Assembly (NCBI GenBank): GCA_038496445.1 | Contig: JALMLS010000564.1 | Coordinates: forward strand, 124,001 to 188,000 | DNA length: 64,000 nucleotides | Reading direction: 5' to 3' | DNA from: Trichosphaerium sp. ATCC 40318 | Taxonomy: Eukaryota > Protista > Tubulinea | In this document: piece after piece, positions 1 to 12,024 of the stretch | Layout of the letters: every line of letters begins with the position of its first letter | Numbering within the stretch: position 1 is the first letter of the stretch | Notes under the pieces: model-generated | Told to the model about the DNA's origin: nothing | Database searches by the model: none | Seen by the model: the letters and a program-made list of their open reading frames with translations, nothing else | Made by a program: the position numbers and the translations under genes

Positions 1-48
1 AACAAAAGTTTTTTAACATTTACTACAAGTGTATTCATTTACAAGCCA

Positions 49-732
49 TCAGCTATCTTTTGATAAATCAACAATAGATTGTACCTCCCATGTAGAACCG
101 CACACAGGACAAGTAGGCCTATACTTAACTAAGCAAACCTATGTGAATACAACCTCAAAAACCGTACCTTGTTTTAAGAAATCTACTTATACAGCAATAG
201 TGAAAGAAATGGCCACAGACGCCCCACACTCCATAGCACTTATTTTCTGCTTTTTTACAAGTCACTGCCGAAGCTATAGGAGATAATCAATTGTAGAACA
301 AACCTCAGAAATACCGTACTTGCGTCACAACTACGCCATGGTTCTGCTTGCATTTGTACACAGGATTGTTGATATTCTTGTCGGCATATAGCACAATTAT
401 CATTTTTTTTTACTTAACCATAGATAAGTCATAAGAGATGTGTAAAAACTTTGAGGAGTTTTTTTTTTTTTGCTACAGGGAGCTAAAAGGTCCAGAATTT
501 TCAAGAAATGTGGAGAACAAAATTAAGAACTGAACATGCGAACAATTAAGGGACTGTACAAGTAATTGTGTTCCGGTCCCAGTTCACGGCGGTTTAAAGT
601 TTTTGTTGAGTTTAAATGATAACAATATGGTTTTTTTTACGAAATTTCTTGCAACCACTAAGTGTACGTACCAGCCACATACTCTTCAACTTCTTTCCAA
701 GCTTGGATTTTAAAGCGTTTTCTCTCTGCCAT
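49..732 (-). CDS. Divergent RBX1/APC11-like RING-H2 protein (4 exons)
   Basis: Manual splicing gives MAERKRFKIQAWKEVEEYVAVKKNDNCAICRQEYQQSCVQMQAEPWRSCDATSAVTCKKAENKCYGVWGVCGHFFHYCCISRFLKTRPTCPVCGSTWEVQSIVDLSKDS. DNCAICR, WGxCxHxFHxxCI and CPxCxxxW are zf-rbx1 signatures. Absent from the ORF track. Confidence 0.85.
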
Positions 733-1053
733 TCTGAATTTTTTTTTTGTAAATACGATTTCACTAATTTTTTTGGTTAGTTGAAATGTGGTTGTTTTGC
801 TAAAATAGGGTTATTTCTTTTTTACTGCGCTATCTGCGCTCTGAAGGTTCTATTACATTATGGTTTCGTACCAAGTAGTTTCGAGAGCCGTTGCCACCGT
901 AAAAGATCGCTTTCGTAGTAAAAAAACGGCCAAAAGTCAAAAACGTTCCATAAACTACGTGTCGTTGGATTCATTCGGCGTCAGTAGTCGTAAAAACCGC
1001 CTGGTAGTGTAGTTTACAAAAAAAGTGGCAATAGCTTTTAAATACCTTCTATA

Positions 1054-2857
1054 ATGAGCTGCGACGTTCAAATGAGTACGGAGGTAACAGTAGGCTGTTT
1101 AAAGTAATACAGACTTTTTAAACGCGTCCTTTTTAGCGCCAAGCTCTACCTGCCGAATCAAAGAAACGTCCGGTTGAAGGGGACTCTAATGAACCAAATA
1201 AGAGAAGAAAAATCACGGTATGTGTCAGGTTTTGATTTTTTGAGGAAAAACAACTTCAACAAGCGCATCAGTATAATAAATACTGTTTGGCGGTTGTTGA
1301 GGTTGTCAGAAAAAACTGATTATTAAACGACGTTCGTTAGCCAGAAACCTCTGTAATTCAGCAGTCGAACACTCCCCCTCAGCAGCAACCAGATACGCCA
1401 CAAAAACCGATCTTCCAAGGTCTTGACTTGAAGAACTGGTCTCAGCACTCTTCTTTTCTAAACAGTTTTACGGCTACAGGATCAGTGTATGCTGATATAC
1501 CAAAACCTGAACCTACAAAACCACCAAGAAAAGTCTCCACCAATGAAAGTTCTGTTACTACTCCATACTGTCCTCCAATATCTACTGCTCCAGTGTATCC
1601 AGTAGCTATGGACACAACTCGCGATAAACCCACAGACTACAAAAAGGAAGCAAAGCAGCAGGAGAGTAAATCAAACAAGGACAGAGGATCTCCTCGTCCA
1701 AACTCGCATAGAACACATTCATATGGCAGTAAAAATAATCACAAGGACACATTCAAAGTAAAGAAACAGTACGTTCACCACCACTCTTCTACAGTTTTTT
1801 TTTCTTTTCAGTTTTTTTTTGACTTTCTTCCTTCAGACCTTGGTACATGATTACAACAGAAGAAGCACGTAATACAAAAAGAACTAAGCAAAATGATCAT
1901 ATTTCAAGGGTGAATTGCTTGGGTACGTAAACAGATACAGGCTGGGCGCTCAATTCACTAAAAAACACAAAAAAAATCCACCCAACCAGATTTTTCAAAA
2001 AAATAATTCCCCTCCACCGCTACCCCTTTCCTCCTAACCTGGGTAAAAAGTGAGCAATGATTGTGAAATGTCTGGGATATGGAAGTGTTGTTTACTTCAC
2101 AGTCAACAATTCACGCCAAACACAACCAACTGGACAGTTCATTTCTTTTTGCGCCACCTTGGCCAAGTACGCACTCTCGTCTATCAAGACTACCTGATAC
2201 ATACTATTTTTAGGAAATTGCGTTCCATTCCGCCAAGTGCAGGCAAAAGGCTGATGCTGAAGGAGAATGCGCAAAGCAAGTCTTTAATCACATCCAACAG
2301 TATGTTACTTTTTTCGAGTTCGGGTGCTTACTCTTTTTTTGTTTAGGTATTACAAGGATCAGCTTTGCAAGTGTTTATACCAACAGCAGTTAAAGGTTGT
2401 TTATCAACTACGAAGTCTGTTGGAGTGTATCTGTACCTTCTGTGGTAGACCACTTGATCCAGAATGCGATGGATTTGTTTGCAATGGCAATTCTTGTAGG
2501 GCTGATCTTGTTCGTGATATGCCACAGTATACTGCCATTGCTGATACAACAACGTATCGGATAAAACTGCTTCGGAAAAAGATAGGAAGTGTGTTTGGTA
2601 AAAAGCTATGGAGCAGTCTTTCAACAAATGTAACTGTTAGCAGAGCGTTCGAATGGCTTATGTGTCTTCTTACTTTTTCATGTATCTGTTGTCAGGAGCC
2701 TCAAGAAGTTATTTCACAGTGTGTAATTGGTTCATTAACATGCAGTAAAAAGTACGTACTATTACTTGTCAGTCACCTCAATCTTTTTGGAGAGAAAAAC
2801 CAAAAAGTTTGAAGCTGAATTTTTTTTTTCTTTCTCTGACTTGATAGCAAATCATGA
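1054..2857 (+). CDS. Hypothetical protein with low-complexity N-terminus and Cys-rich C-terminus (about 8 exons)
   Basis: GT-AG splicing joins the 1428 and 2324 ORFs in frame. It contains CICTFCGRPLDPECDGFVCNGNSC and SCICC motifs (possible Zn-binding) and an NLS-like NKRRK. Confidence 0.55.
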
Positions 2858-3067
2858 GCACAACTACTAATGTTAGTTATAATGGTTGTTATTAAGTTAG
2901 AGAAGAATGTTATCACAATATTCTAATCCAGATTTCGGGAGTACATACTCCCGAAACAATCCACCACTTTTTTTTTTTGAAGTCGCTTATTTTTTTTCTT
3001 TAGGGAATGTAGGAAATATGTACCAACAGATTTTCGTATTTCTGAGTATAAAGGACTTAAAACAGCA

Positions 3068-4694
3068 ATGAATGCATATGATTATTCTTCTAGAAATTTT
3101 CCAAAAAGAAGAATTGAAATATGCAAGCCATACAAGTCAAGTGTATTACCTACAACCAGCGAAAAGCAACTTGGTACTTTTGCAGATAAATCTCCTCCAA
3201 CGTCGAACAAGTTCTTTTATGAATCAAAAGAAAAAAATAAGAATGGCAGTAATGGACACAGTGGACGTAATGGTAATGGCAACAGTGATAATCACAGTGA
3301 AAAGAAGGCAAAGACAGCTTCTACAAAGGAACAGAAACCGCCCTTGAGATCAAAACCTCTAAAGAAGCTTACGGCACCTGTTATTACTACTGCTATTTCA
3401 TATGGTAAGGTTGTTCCAACAAAACCTCAATCTTTAAATGAGAAAAAAGCTTCTCATGCTCAGATTATCGTTCCTTTCACTGCTACTCAACAACCACCTC
3501 AAGCTTTGGATACGAAACAATCTATTACCACCCTTCAATACCCGAATACACAGCAACCTCAATCTTTGAAGAGCACACAAAGTGCACAAGTATGGAACAA
3601 CTCTAAGGTGCCTGCGATTATACCATTACCGAAACCTGCTGTTGTAGTTAAGACACAAAATGCCGTACATAATCCTCCTTCTAATACACAAGGTCTAACA
3701 CTAGATGTGAAGCCTCTTGTGGTATCAAAACCAACTAACAAACCTATGCCTCAGCTTCAGCCGGTTGTCAGTGATGATATGGATATAGACGAAGATAATT
3801 GTGACGATGATAGCGATGGTGATGAGTCAGATATGACGCTTGCCTTGGAGATGTCTAAACACCTTCTCGCTGTTGAACAGACAAGGAACAAGATGCTATC
3901 ATCTAAAAACTCTAAACTCAAGAAAGATCTATCTTCTCTTCGTTGTGAGATCACAAAGATGAAGGCAGAACGTACACAGAAGGGAACAGCTAAGAACAAG
4001 GCTTTGAGTTTATCTACAGAGAAGATAAAGAAACTAGAGGCTGAAGTTGTTTCTTTGAAAGAAAAGCTTGAGTCTCAAACACTTGCAAAAAGCGCTGATG
4101 AGAAACGTGCTGAGATGCTTCTTTCTGCAAAGCTTACACTTCTTGATTCAACTATTACTGATGAACGTAAGAAAGTAGAGACGCTAAAGACTGAGTTAAA
4201 CCTTGAGAAGAAGAAGTTTAAGGCATCTGAACTTAAGTTAAAGCTTACAAACGTAGCAGTTGAAACCGAACTTTGCAAGCTTAAGGAAGAGAATGCATCG
4301 CTCAAAGAATCTGTGGTAGCACAAGAGGATCTACAGAAGACGATAGTAGACCTTAAGGAGAAGAATGATGAGTTTACAAGGAATGAAGAAGAAACGAAAA
4401 ACAAGATGGAGGCTATGTTTGCTAATTCTACACAATCTCGTATTGAGAAGTGTGCTATGCAAGCACTTCTTACAAAGCTTCAAGATGAATTAAAGAATGC
4501 TAGAGCAACGATAGAGACTCAAAATAACAAGTTGGCTGAACAAAATGCTAAGCTTGAGACACTGAGAGAGGCTGAAGTACGTGAACATTTTTGTGTAGAT
4601 TTTCTTCTTTTTACTTATTGGCTTTTTTTTCGTTCAGGAAGCAGCTGCTGTTGTTGTAGAAGCTACACCTCTTACAGAATATGCATGGCTTTAA
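3068..4694 (+). CDS. Pro/Ser/Thr-rich protein with a long coiled coil
   Basis: About 500 uninterrupted codons with a heptad-rich C-terminal half. A GTACGT...TTCAG intron near 4577-4637 leads to the terminal exon EAAAVVVEATPLTEYAWL*. Confidence 0.75.
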
Positions 4695-4937
4695 TATGTA
4701 TTGTATTTCATTTCAGAATAACCACTTGTACACTAATAATAAAACAAAAAACAATTCCAAATCTTAAAATTGACTTGTTTACCATGAGCATTTTGTCTAT
4801 CAATGTGCCGAACATGACACAAGTATCTTTGTGGCGAGCATGCGTTAGATTTGAGCTTTGTTGGTTGCGTTGACGGTCAAAGAATTTAGTCGGTTTTTTT
4901 AAGCCGTACGTTGTTACTTCCTCACTATGTGCATTTG

Positions 4938-6249
4938 ATGCGCGTTGGTGCTCGGGCAAGTAGTTTTGCGTTTGAAGCGCTTGTAGACAAGAAGAAAACT
5001 ATATCGAAAAAGAAACAGCGAACAACGCGTCAGAGTAAGCCAAGGCACTTTTGGGAACGTTTGAGCAACCAAAAGGGGTTTTTTGAAACAGTAAGCGTAT
5101 GTCGACTCAAAAATAACTAAATTCGCGTCTAGATAGCTCAAGAGCTTGATGTTAAGTGTCTACATGATTGGTACAATATTACATCAGTTGATGTTCGCAG
5201 AGTAGGCGGAGCAGCTCTTGTATCACAGTACGTACCAGACCATGGGCGAATCAGCACCATTATAACAGTTTGACAACGAAAAACTTCCTTTATTTATAAA
5301 ACGCTCCATGTTGCGTATTTTAAGCTTTCTTTAGCCATTTTAACGATTCTATACTTGACTTAATGCGATACATGTATCCAAAGTACGATTGGTTGCCGTG
5401 GTCTTTCAGTACGCACCTCTTAATTTTTTTATACCAAATACCTTTTTTTGAGCGCTCACTTTCATCCTAAGGTAAAGCGCCAAGGCGGTTTTGGTGGTCA
5501 GAGAAAAATACAAGACAGTTTATGGACACTGTGAGTTGCCATTTGGTTTTTGGTTTTGGTTCACTAAATCACGTGATAGTTCGCTATAGAGCATGGTGTC
5601 AATACGCAAACTGATTGGTATAAAGTGCCTTTATCTAAGGTTAGAGATTTCAAAGGTGGTTGGAGAGCTGTTAAGTACGTACTCTGAGAGTTTGTCTCTT
5701 GAATTGAGAACTTATTTTTTTGAACACAATAGACGACATGGCAACAATTACTTCACACTCATGTCTACAATATACCCCGAACACAAATGGAACCCACGTG
5801 CATTTGGTAACTCATAGATGAAGTATACCATATATTAGATATCTAACAGTACGAATAGGGAACGTGCCTAGACATTTTTGGACAAAGCAAATAAATGTTA
5901 CAAAGTTTCTTGAAGGCCTCGCTAATCAGTTTGAAATAAAAGATCTAGGTGGTCTATATGACTTATCTAGAACTCTACTTGTAAATACAGGAGGTTCTGG
6001 GCTTCTTAATTATTGGCCAAGAACACTTAAAGATAGTTTCCCTAAGTACACTTGGCGTTGGGATACTTTTATTTCAAGAAAGAAGAAATCGCAAAGGTAA
6101 GTGTTTATTTTTCTCAAACTTGCTTTTTTTTTTGGATACTTCTCCTCTTGTTTGTTATTTTTCTCATTGGATTCTCATCATATTTGTACAGGCAGCTCAT
6201 ATCATCTGCTCAGCGATTGTTTTATGTAAAATACTCAAAGCAAATGTAG
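4938..6249 (+). CDS. Protein of three tandem ~70-aa Trp-rich repeats (PRxFW...DWY...GG...YPxYxW)
   Basis: The spliced product has PRHFWERLSNQKGFFE / PRRFWWSEKNTRQFMD / PRHFWTKQINVTKFLE units, each followed by a DWY or GLY motif, GG and a (Y/F)P(K/E)(Y/H)xW motif. The start codon is uncertain. Confidence 0.7.
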
Positions 6250-6356
6250 ATAAACAATTTTTAGTATAATGAAATAGTACTGTTTGGCTAAAACCTCAAC
6301 TGCGAGTTTGTTGTCAGAACTCTATATTAATTTCTTTATTACTATTAATAGCAAAG

Positions 6357-7566
6357 CTAATTGCTCATACTTAAAATTTTGACATAGTCGATGTAGTGGT
6401 ATTGAGGAAACTTGGTACTGCTGTCTAAAAACAGAAATAAGTGAGAATAAAAATGTTTCATATTTTTTTTTTGAAACACTTGTTTTCGTACCTGGGTTAC
6501 CTCCCCACTTTCCCCCAACAGAGGTATTCAGTATCCAATAGAAAGGCCATGAAGGCACTGTTAATTGTTTATCGGTTTTAATTGATACATATTTCACTGA
6601 GTCGAAAAAAAACTCAAGCAAACCAGGAGACCATTCAACTGCATAAACATGAAAGTCATTTGCAAGATTTACACCTTTGGTTTGTGATTAGAAATCAAGT
6701 GTTACACTAGCCTCTATATCTTACCTTTTGCTGTGTACCAGGTTCCTTGACTTTCTTCATTATCATGACCACATCCTTTAGATGCAAAATGATAATGACC
6801 GTAGAGTGTACTCATATCTTTCCCCAAATTTTCCATGATATCAATCTCGCCACCCATCGGCCAACAAATCTGCGATTAAAAATTTAGACGTTACTATTAT
6901 CACGTGACAAATTGAGCTGAAATATGCTGTTATGAAAATAACATACGTGTTCCTCCGGCATTAACCAGTGCGCAGGCCATATACCCTTGAAAACAGAGTT
7001 AAATCGAAAACTATCTTTGGTTTTTTAGTTTGCACGTGCTTTACCAAAAGGAAGTCGTGCACTCACTTCCCATCGTCCGTAAGTATGCGAGAACTTTCCT
7101 TGTGTTTTCGCTTCGCCTGAAGTATAGTTATGACCATTATACTGTTGCTTTTGAGTCCTATGCTCGTAAGATACGTGGAGAAAAAAAATTGCCAGAAAGT
7201 TCTCGTAACGTACTTCAAAATTAAGTTCCCGTTAGATACGTAAACATTATCAGGAGTATAGTACACAAGTTCTTTTGGTGAATAAGTTCCTTCGTATTTC
7301 GTCCAAGTAGAGCTGTTAAATGAGTCGAAATTGTCTTCGAAAACAACAACCATGTCAGTTCGCGCTATTAGAACGTAAGAAACATCAAATTATTGCTGGT
7401 GTTTGGTGTGACAAGGGTACACTTTGTTTTGATACTCACGTTCAGCAATACACGGCAATTCTTGGGTGTTTTTACAGAGTGGTAGTCCATCTGGAACAGG
7501 AAGAGCTCCACAGCTTATAACGATGCTCAATATGAGCACAAGTAAATAGGAGTATGGCAGCGGCAT
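6357..7566 (-). CDS. Secreted glycoside hydrolase family 16 (beta-1,3-glucanase-like), copy 1
   Basis: Signal peptide MPLPYSYLLVLILSIVISCGA; motifs FEDNFD, YGRWEVSARLPFGKGIWPAHWL, catalytic GEIDIME, FHVYAVEW and IDYVK. Confidence 0.92.
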
Positions 7567-8185
7567 GTTGATGATTGTACGCTTCAGTAGATCTTTTTTA
7601 ACCGTCAGTACTAATGTTAAGTTAGAAGTGCGCTTAAACTAAATTACGCTTCTACTTCACCTTTTCCGCTTGTTTTTTCATGTTAGATTCACGCGTTCTT
7701 GTTGATCTACAATACCAGATTGGAGGAGAGAATACGTCTCACTCAGCTTCGATCCCCTGGATCACGTAGCCAGAGACCCTTCCCATTTATTAAATTGGAG
7801 TTATCTCTTGTACATATACAACAAATTACATAAACCAATTGAAACATTCAATCAATCAACACAAAAACTTTTTGAATCGTAATCTGCCATTGTATAGAAC
7901 TGCTACTTGCTGATGTTGTTTTACGATACTACCGTACTTAAACAACTACCTCTCACTTATCAAACGCCAGTAAAATACTTATTTATACTGTCATTTTCTC
8001 ATTGGATTCTGACTCAAAATAACTTACAAACAATTTTTAGTCAATGGAACGTAGTCTGTATAAAACTAGTGGCAAAATCTCGTTCATAAAAAGCTTTATT
8101 TCGTGTAAAATGAACGCATCAATAGCTTAATGACAATTGAACAAAGTTGTTAAGCTTAATGACAGTGATTTTTGTTTATTTATCA

Positions 8186-9383
8186 CTAATTGCTTAAAAC
8201 TTTGACATAGTCAATGTAATGGTATTGAGGAAACTTGGTACTACTGTCTAAAAACAGAAATAAGTGAGAATGAAAATGTTTCATCTTTTTTGGAAACAAT
8301 TTTCGTACCTGGGTTACCTGGCCAATCACCACCGACGGCAGTATTCAGTATCCAGTAGAAAGGCCACGAAGGCACTGTTAATTGTTCATCGGTTTTAATT
8401 GATACATATTTCACTGAGTCGAAAAAAAACTCAAGCAAACCAGGAGACCATTCAACTGCATAAACGTGAAAGTCATTTGCAAGATTTACACCTTTGGTTT
8501 GTGATTAGAAACCAACTATTACACTTCTCTATCTTACCTTTTGCTGTGTATCCAGTTCCTTGGCTCTCTTCATGGCCGTCACCACATCCTTTAGATGCAA
8601 AGTGATAATGACCGTAGAGTGTGCTCATGTCATTCCCCAAATTTTCCATGATATCAATCTCGCCTCCCATCGGCCAACAAACCTGCGATTAAAAGTTAGA
8701 CACGTTGTTTTTTGACCAAAGGTTACGTTTATCACGTGACAGATAGACTTTTATGTAAATAACGTACATTTTTCTCTGGCATTAACCAGTGTGCAGGCCA
8801 CATACCCTTGAGAAAGAGTTAATAGGAAGTTATCTTTTTTTTTTTGCTTAGCACGTGCTTTACCAAAAGGAAGTCGTGCACTCACTTCCCATCGTCCGTA
8901 TGTATGCGAGAACTTTCCTTGCGTTCTCACTTCGCCTGAAGTATAGTTATGACCATTGTACTGTTGCTTTTGACTCCTACATGGCCCATAAGATACAGTG
9001 AAAAAAGTTGTCAGAAAGTTCTCGTAACGTACTTCAAAATTAAGTTCCCGTTAGATACGTAAACATTATCAGCAGTATAATACTCAAGCTCTCCATTTGA
9101 ATGAGTTCCTTCGTATTTCATCCAAGCAGAGCTGTTAAATGAGTTGAAATTGTCCTCAAAAACAACAACCATGTCAGTTCGCGCTACCAGTTGGTAAGAA
9201 ACGTCAAATTATCGTTGCCTGTCATGACACTTCGTAATTTCTTGTTTGATACGCACGTTCGGCAATACATGGCAATTCTTGGGTGTTTTTACAGAGCGGT
9301 AGTCCATCTGGAACAGTAAGAGCTCCACAGAGTGTAAATATACTCAATAATAGCACAAGTAAATAGGAGTATGTCTGTGGCAT
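8186..9383 (-). CDS. Secreted glycoside hydrolase family 16, copy 2 (tandem duplicate)
   Basis: Same exon structure and near-identical exons to copy 1; GEIDIME is intact. Confidence 0.92.
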
Positions 9384-9552
9384 GTTTACGTATGACTGTA
9401 AGCTTCCTCTTTAAGCGTCAATGTTAAGTTAGAAGTTCCCACGTGAGGGGTGTCAATTAACGTGACTAGAAGGCGCAGAGCGTCCAATAATAAATTTCGA
9501 GTGTGCCTCAGTTAGCTGAAAGCCTTAAGTGCACAAAGAGGCTGGTTTTGCT

Positions 9553-10642
9553 ATGCTACTCGTATTGTTCTATACTATCACAAATACGTCGTAGGATACA
9601 GTATCTCGGTGGTCTATTGGGTTTGGTACAAACAAAGCTTAAAGGACGTTCAGACTTAGATCACAGCGTCTGTTTCAGGCAAAGCAATCAAACTCGCATC
9701 AAATACCATGCTACTCGTCATTTATGCCGCTATTACACTTGCATCACTTGGTGGATTAGTTTTATCAGGAATGAAGGTAAAGTAGCAAAAATCACTTCAT
9801 TTTGCGCCACATACTCTGACAACCATTGTAGGTTCAGTTTCCTGAAAAATTTACTTGGCTTGTAGCTGTACGTTAATAGATTACTCTAAAAACATAGCTG
9901 ACGCTCTTAGTACGCTACAGTGTTTAGTTTCGGCATCGCCAATGCACTTTACCAAAGTGGCGGGCGTTTTATTATCTTGATGCCTATTTTACCTTGGATC
10001 AGACGTGCCATGCAAACAACTGGCGTACGTATCTATAAAACGAACTACCGACTTTTTTTTTTATCTAACCCTCTCAATATAGGCGCTAGCGTTTGTCATC
10101 TCTATTTACAGTAAGATGGTACAATAAATTTTTTTTGTCCGTTTTATTTTGAAATAACCTAAAAATTCAGAATAACGCGGAAATATCAGCTCACTTCTAC
10201 AGTCTACCAACTGGTTCATCATTTTTGGTACGCCACTGGAATTTTGACGCTCTCAGTAGCCTTATTTAGCTGTTTAGGCTCAATTGCATGAATTTACACC
10301 TTCTCGATTCATTCAAGTTGGCATCTTTGCCCTCATACTGTTGTTTATCGTATACAAAGTTACACAAGGTGAGTAATTGCTACTTGGTTTAGTTTAAGCG
10401 CTTTTGGTTTTTTTTCTGACTTTTTGGCGTTTACTCTTTTTTCAGGCGATAAAAGCGCTGTCATGTACGCTGTACCTTTCGTAGCACCTATTGCAAGCCT
10501 GGTTATCACAGAATTCAGCCTACTCCCTTTCGCTGCTGAGCTTATCACTGCTGCTGGTGCTCTTGCTTTTACAGCACTAATGTGCTTTTTACAGTTCGGA
10601 CAAGACAAGAGTATTGTTGGTAAAACAAAGAAAATGTTTTAA
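9553..10642 (+). CDS. Multi-pass membrane protein with C-terminal dilysine (KKMF) ER-retrieval motif
   Basis: About 9 exons join into successive hydrophobic helices (MLLVIYAAITLASLGGLVLSG; FIQVGIFALILLFIVY; LITAAGALAFTALMCFL) ending in KTKKMF*. The first exon is tentative. Confidence 0.65.
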
Positions 10643-10712
10643 AGACGTTTGGTTGAATTGAATAAAGAACAAAAAAGATCCGGAGGTTCTGTATTGAAAT
10701 AACTCAGCAGTA

Positions 10713-11810
10713 CTAAACAACATGTTGTCTCTGATACAGGGTAATATATGCTCGTTCTAGAGGAGTACACCCAATGGCCTTCAGTAATTCAGGAGAGATG
10801 CCATCCAATTCGACAAGAATGTCATTCAAAAATTTTCCATGTTTTACTGAACTGTTATCTGATATACCAATACTCCTCAACGTAGAAATCCATTCTATAG
10901 TTACCTTTTGGTCATTCTGTACAGTTACCTTTTTATCAATTTCTTCACTTGATATCGAAATAGCCTCTTGACAATCATGAGGGTCCTATTTAAGGATTGA
11001 TTTTAATTTGGTATATCAGTGGTCTGTCTTAACGTACGGTCTCCTGCAAAAGCCCCACATTCTCCTGTTGAGGCTCAACTTTTTTTTTTGCATTTGATCT
11101 TGTTCGTGTAAAAACACGATTTGGCATAAGAGGATCAGGAGCAAGTTTACGTTTTTTTTTACATCCGCACATCTTAACTAGTTCCATAGCAGTTCTTACT
11201 CTAATATTGAGATAATCTTTTCTGATCTACAAAAGAAAATGTCAGTACGGACTCTTTTGTGATAAAAAGCATTAAAAAACTAAGATATGTACAAGGTCGA
11301 GTGTTGCTCTTCCTGAGGCATGGCTGTTACTTTCATGAACTCGTTTAACTACCTAGCTTTTGTAAACGAACTCTCAGTTCAACTGTTCATCGTGCCTCAT
11401 TTACATCACTATCCTCTACCCAAGTACGCGTCCATTTCACCTCGTTTGAATGCGCATCTTTGTAATGGCGAATTGCAAAGTGTTCACCAGGGTAAATGTT
11501 GTCATTGGTACTTACCAGAATGCCTTCAAGGTAGATGCTAATCATACAGTTACTCTAACAAACAACTACAAAAAGAGAAAACTCACTTGCGCTCCACCCA
11601 GCATTTGAAAGTTCTTAGCTTGCTTTTTGATAGCTGCAATTCTTTTGCTGCCTTTTCTACAGTAATCTCTTTCTTGAGGACTTGTTTAAAGTACGGAATC
11701 CATGTTGCAGGTATCCTTGCAAAAGACGCTCGTGGCTTTCTGTCTTTGCCGCGCTTCCGTTTGCGTGAAATAGAAGGCGGAGCAGTGGCGGATACTTCCT
11801 CAAAATTCAT
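10713..11810 (-). CDS. Protein with an HTH-like region, integrase zinc-binding (H2C2) domain and SAM-like C-terminus
   Basis: Spliced VVKRVHESNSHASGRATLDLIRKDYLNIRVRTAMELVKMCGC matches the HHCC pattern. The N-terminus has RKRKR and VEKAAKELQLSKSKLR; the C-terminus has LDGISPELLKAIG. Confidence 0.6.
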
Positions 11811-12024
11811 TTCGAACGTGCTAGGTTTGATTGTCAAGAATCCAAGGTTTCTTTTGACTTAAAGGAACTAGCACTTAATAATAGGTGCACTTTCAACCGA
11901 TGCAGTTAAATCAAACAGTGCACTAAACAATAGGTCTGCTTTACGCTTTGGCACGTGTCATTTCCAACAAGAATCTTCAGTGAAAGGAAGACAGTAAGTT
12001 TAAAGTGTGAAAAATTACAACACA

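Noticed and set aside
7735-7782. TTCGATCCC T-loop-like motif within a GTCTC...GAGAC hairpin
   Set aside because: No acceptor stem, D arm or anticodon arm could be built, so it is not a tRNA.
11353-11395. An additional GC-AG intron (GCACGA donor)
   Set aside because: An in-phase GTAAAT donor 9 nt upstream works equally well, so it was not counted.
10713-11810. Active transposable element
   Set aside because: There is no DDE core, reverse transcriptase, terminal repeats or target-site duplication, and the gene has four introns.
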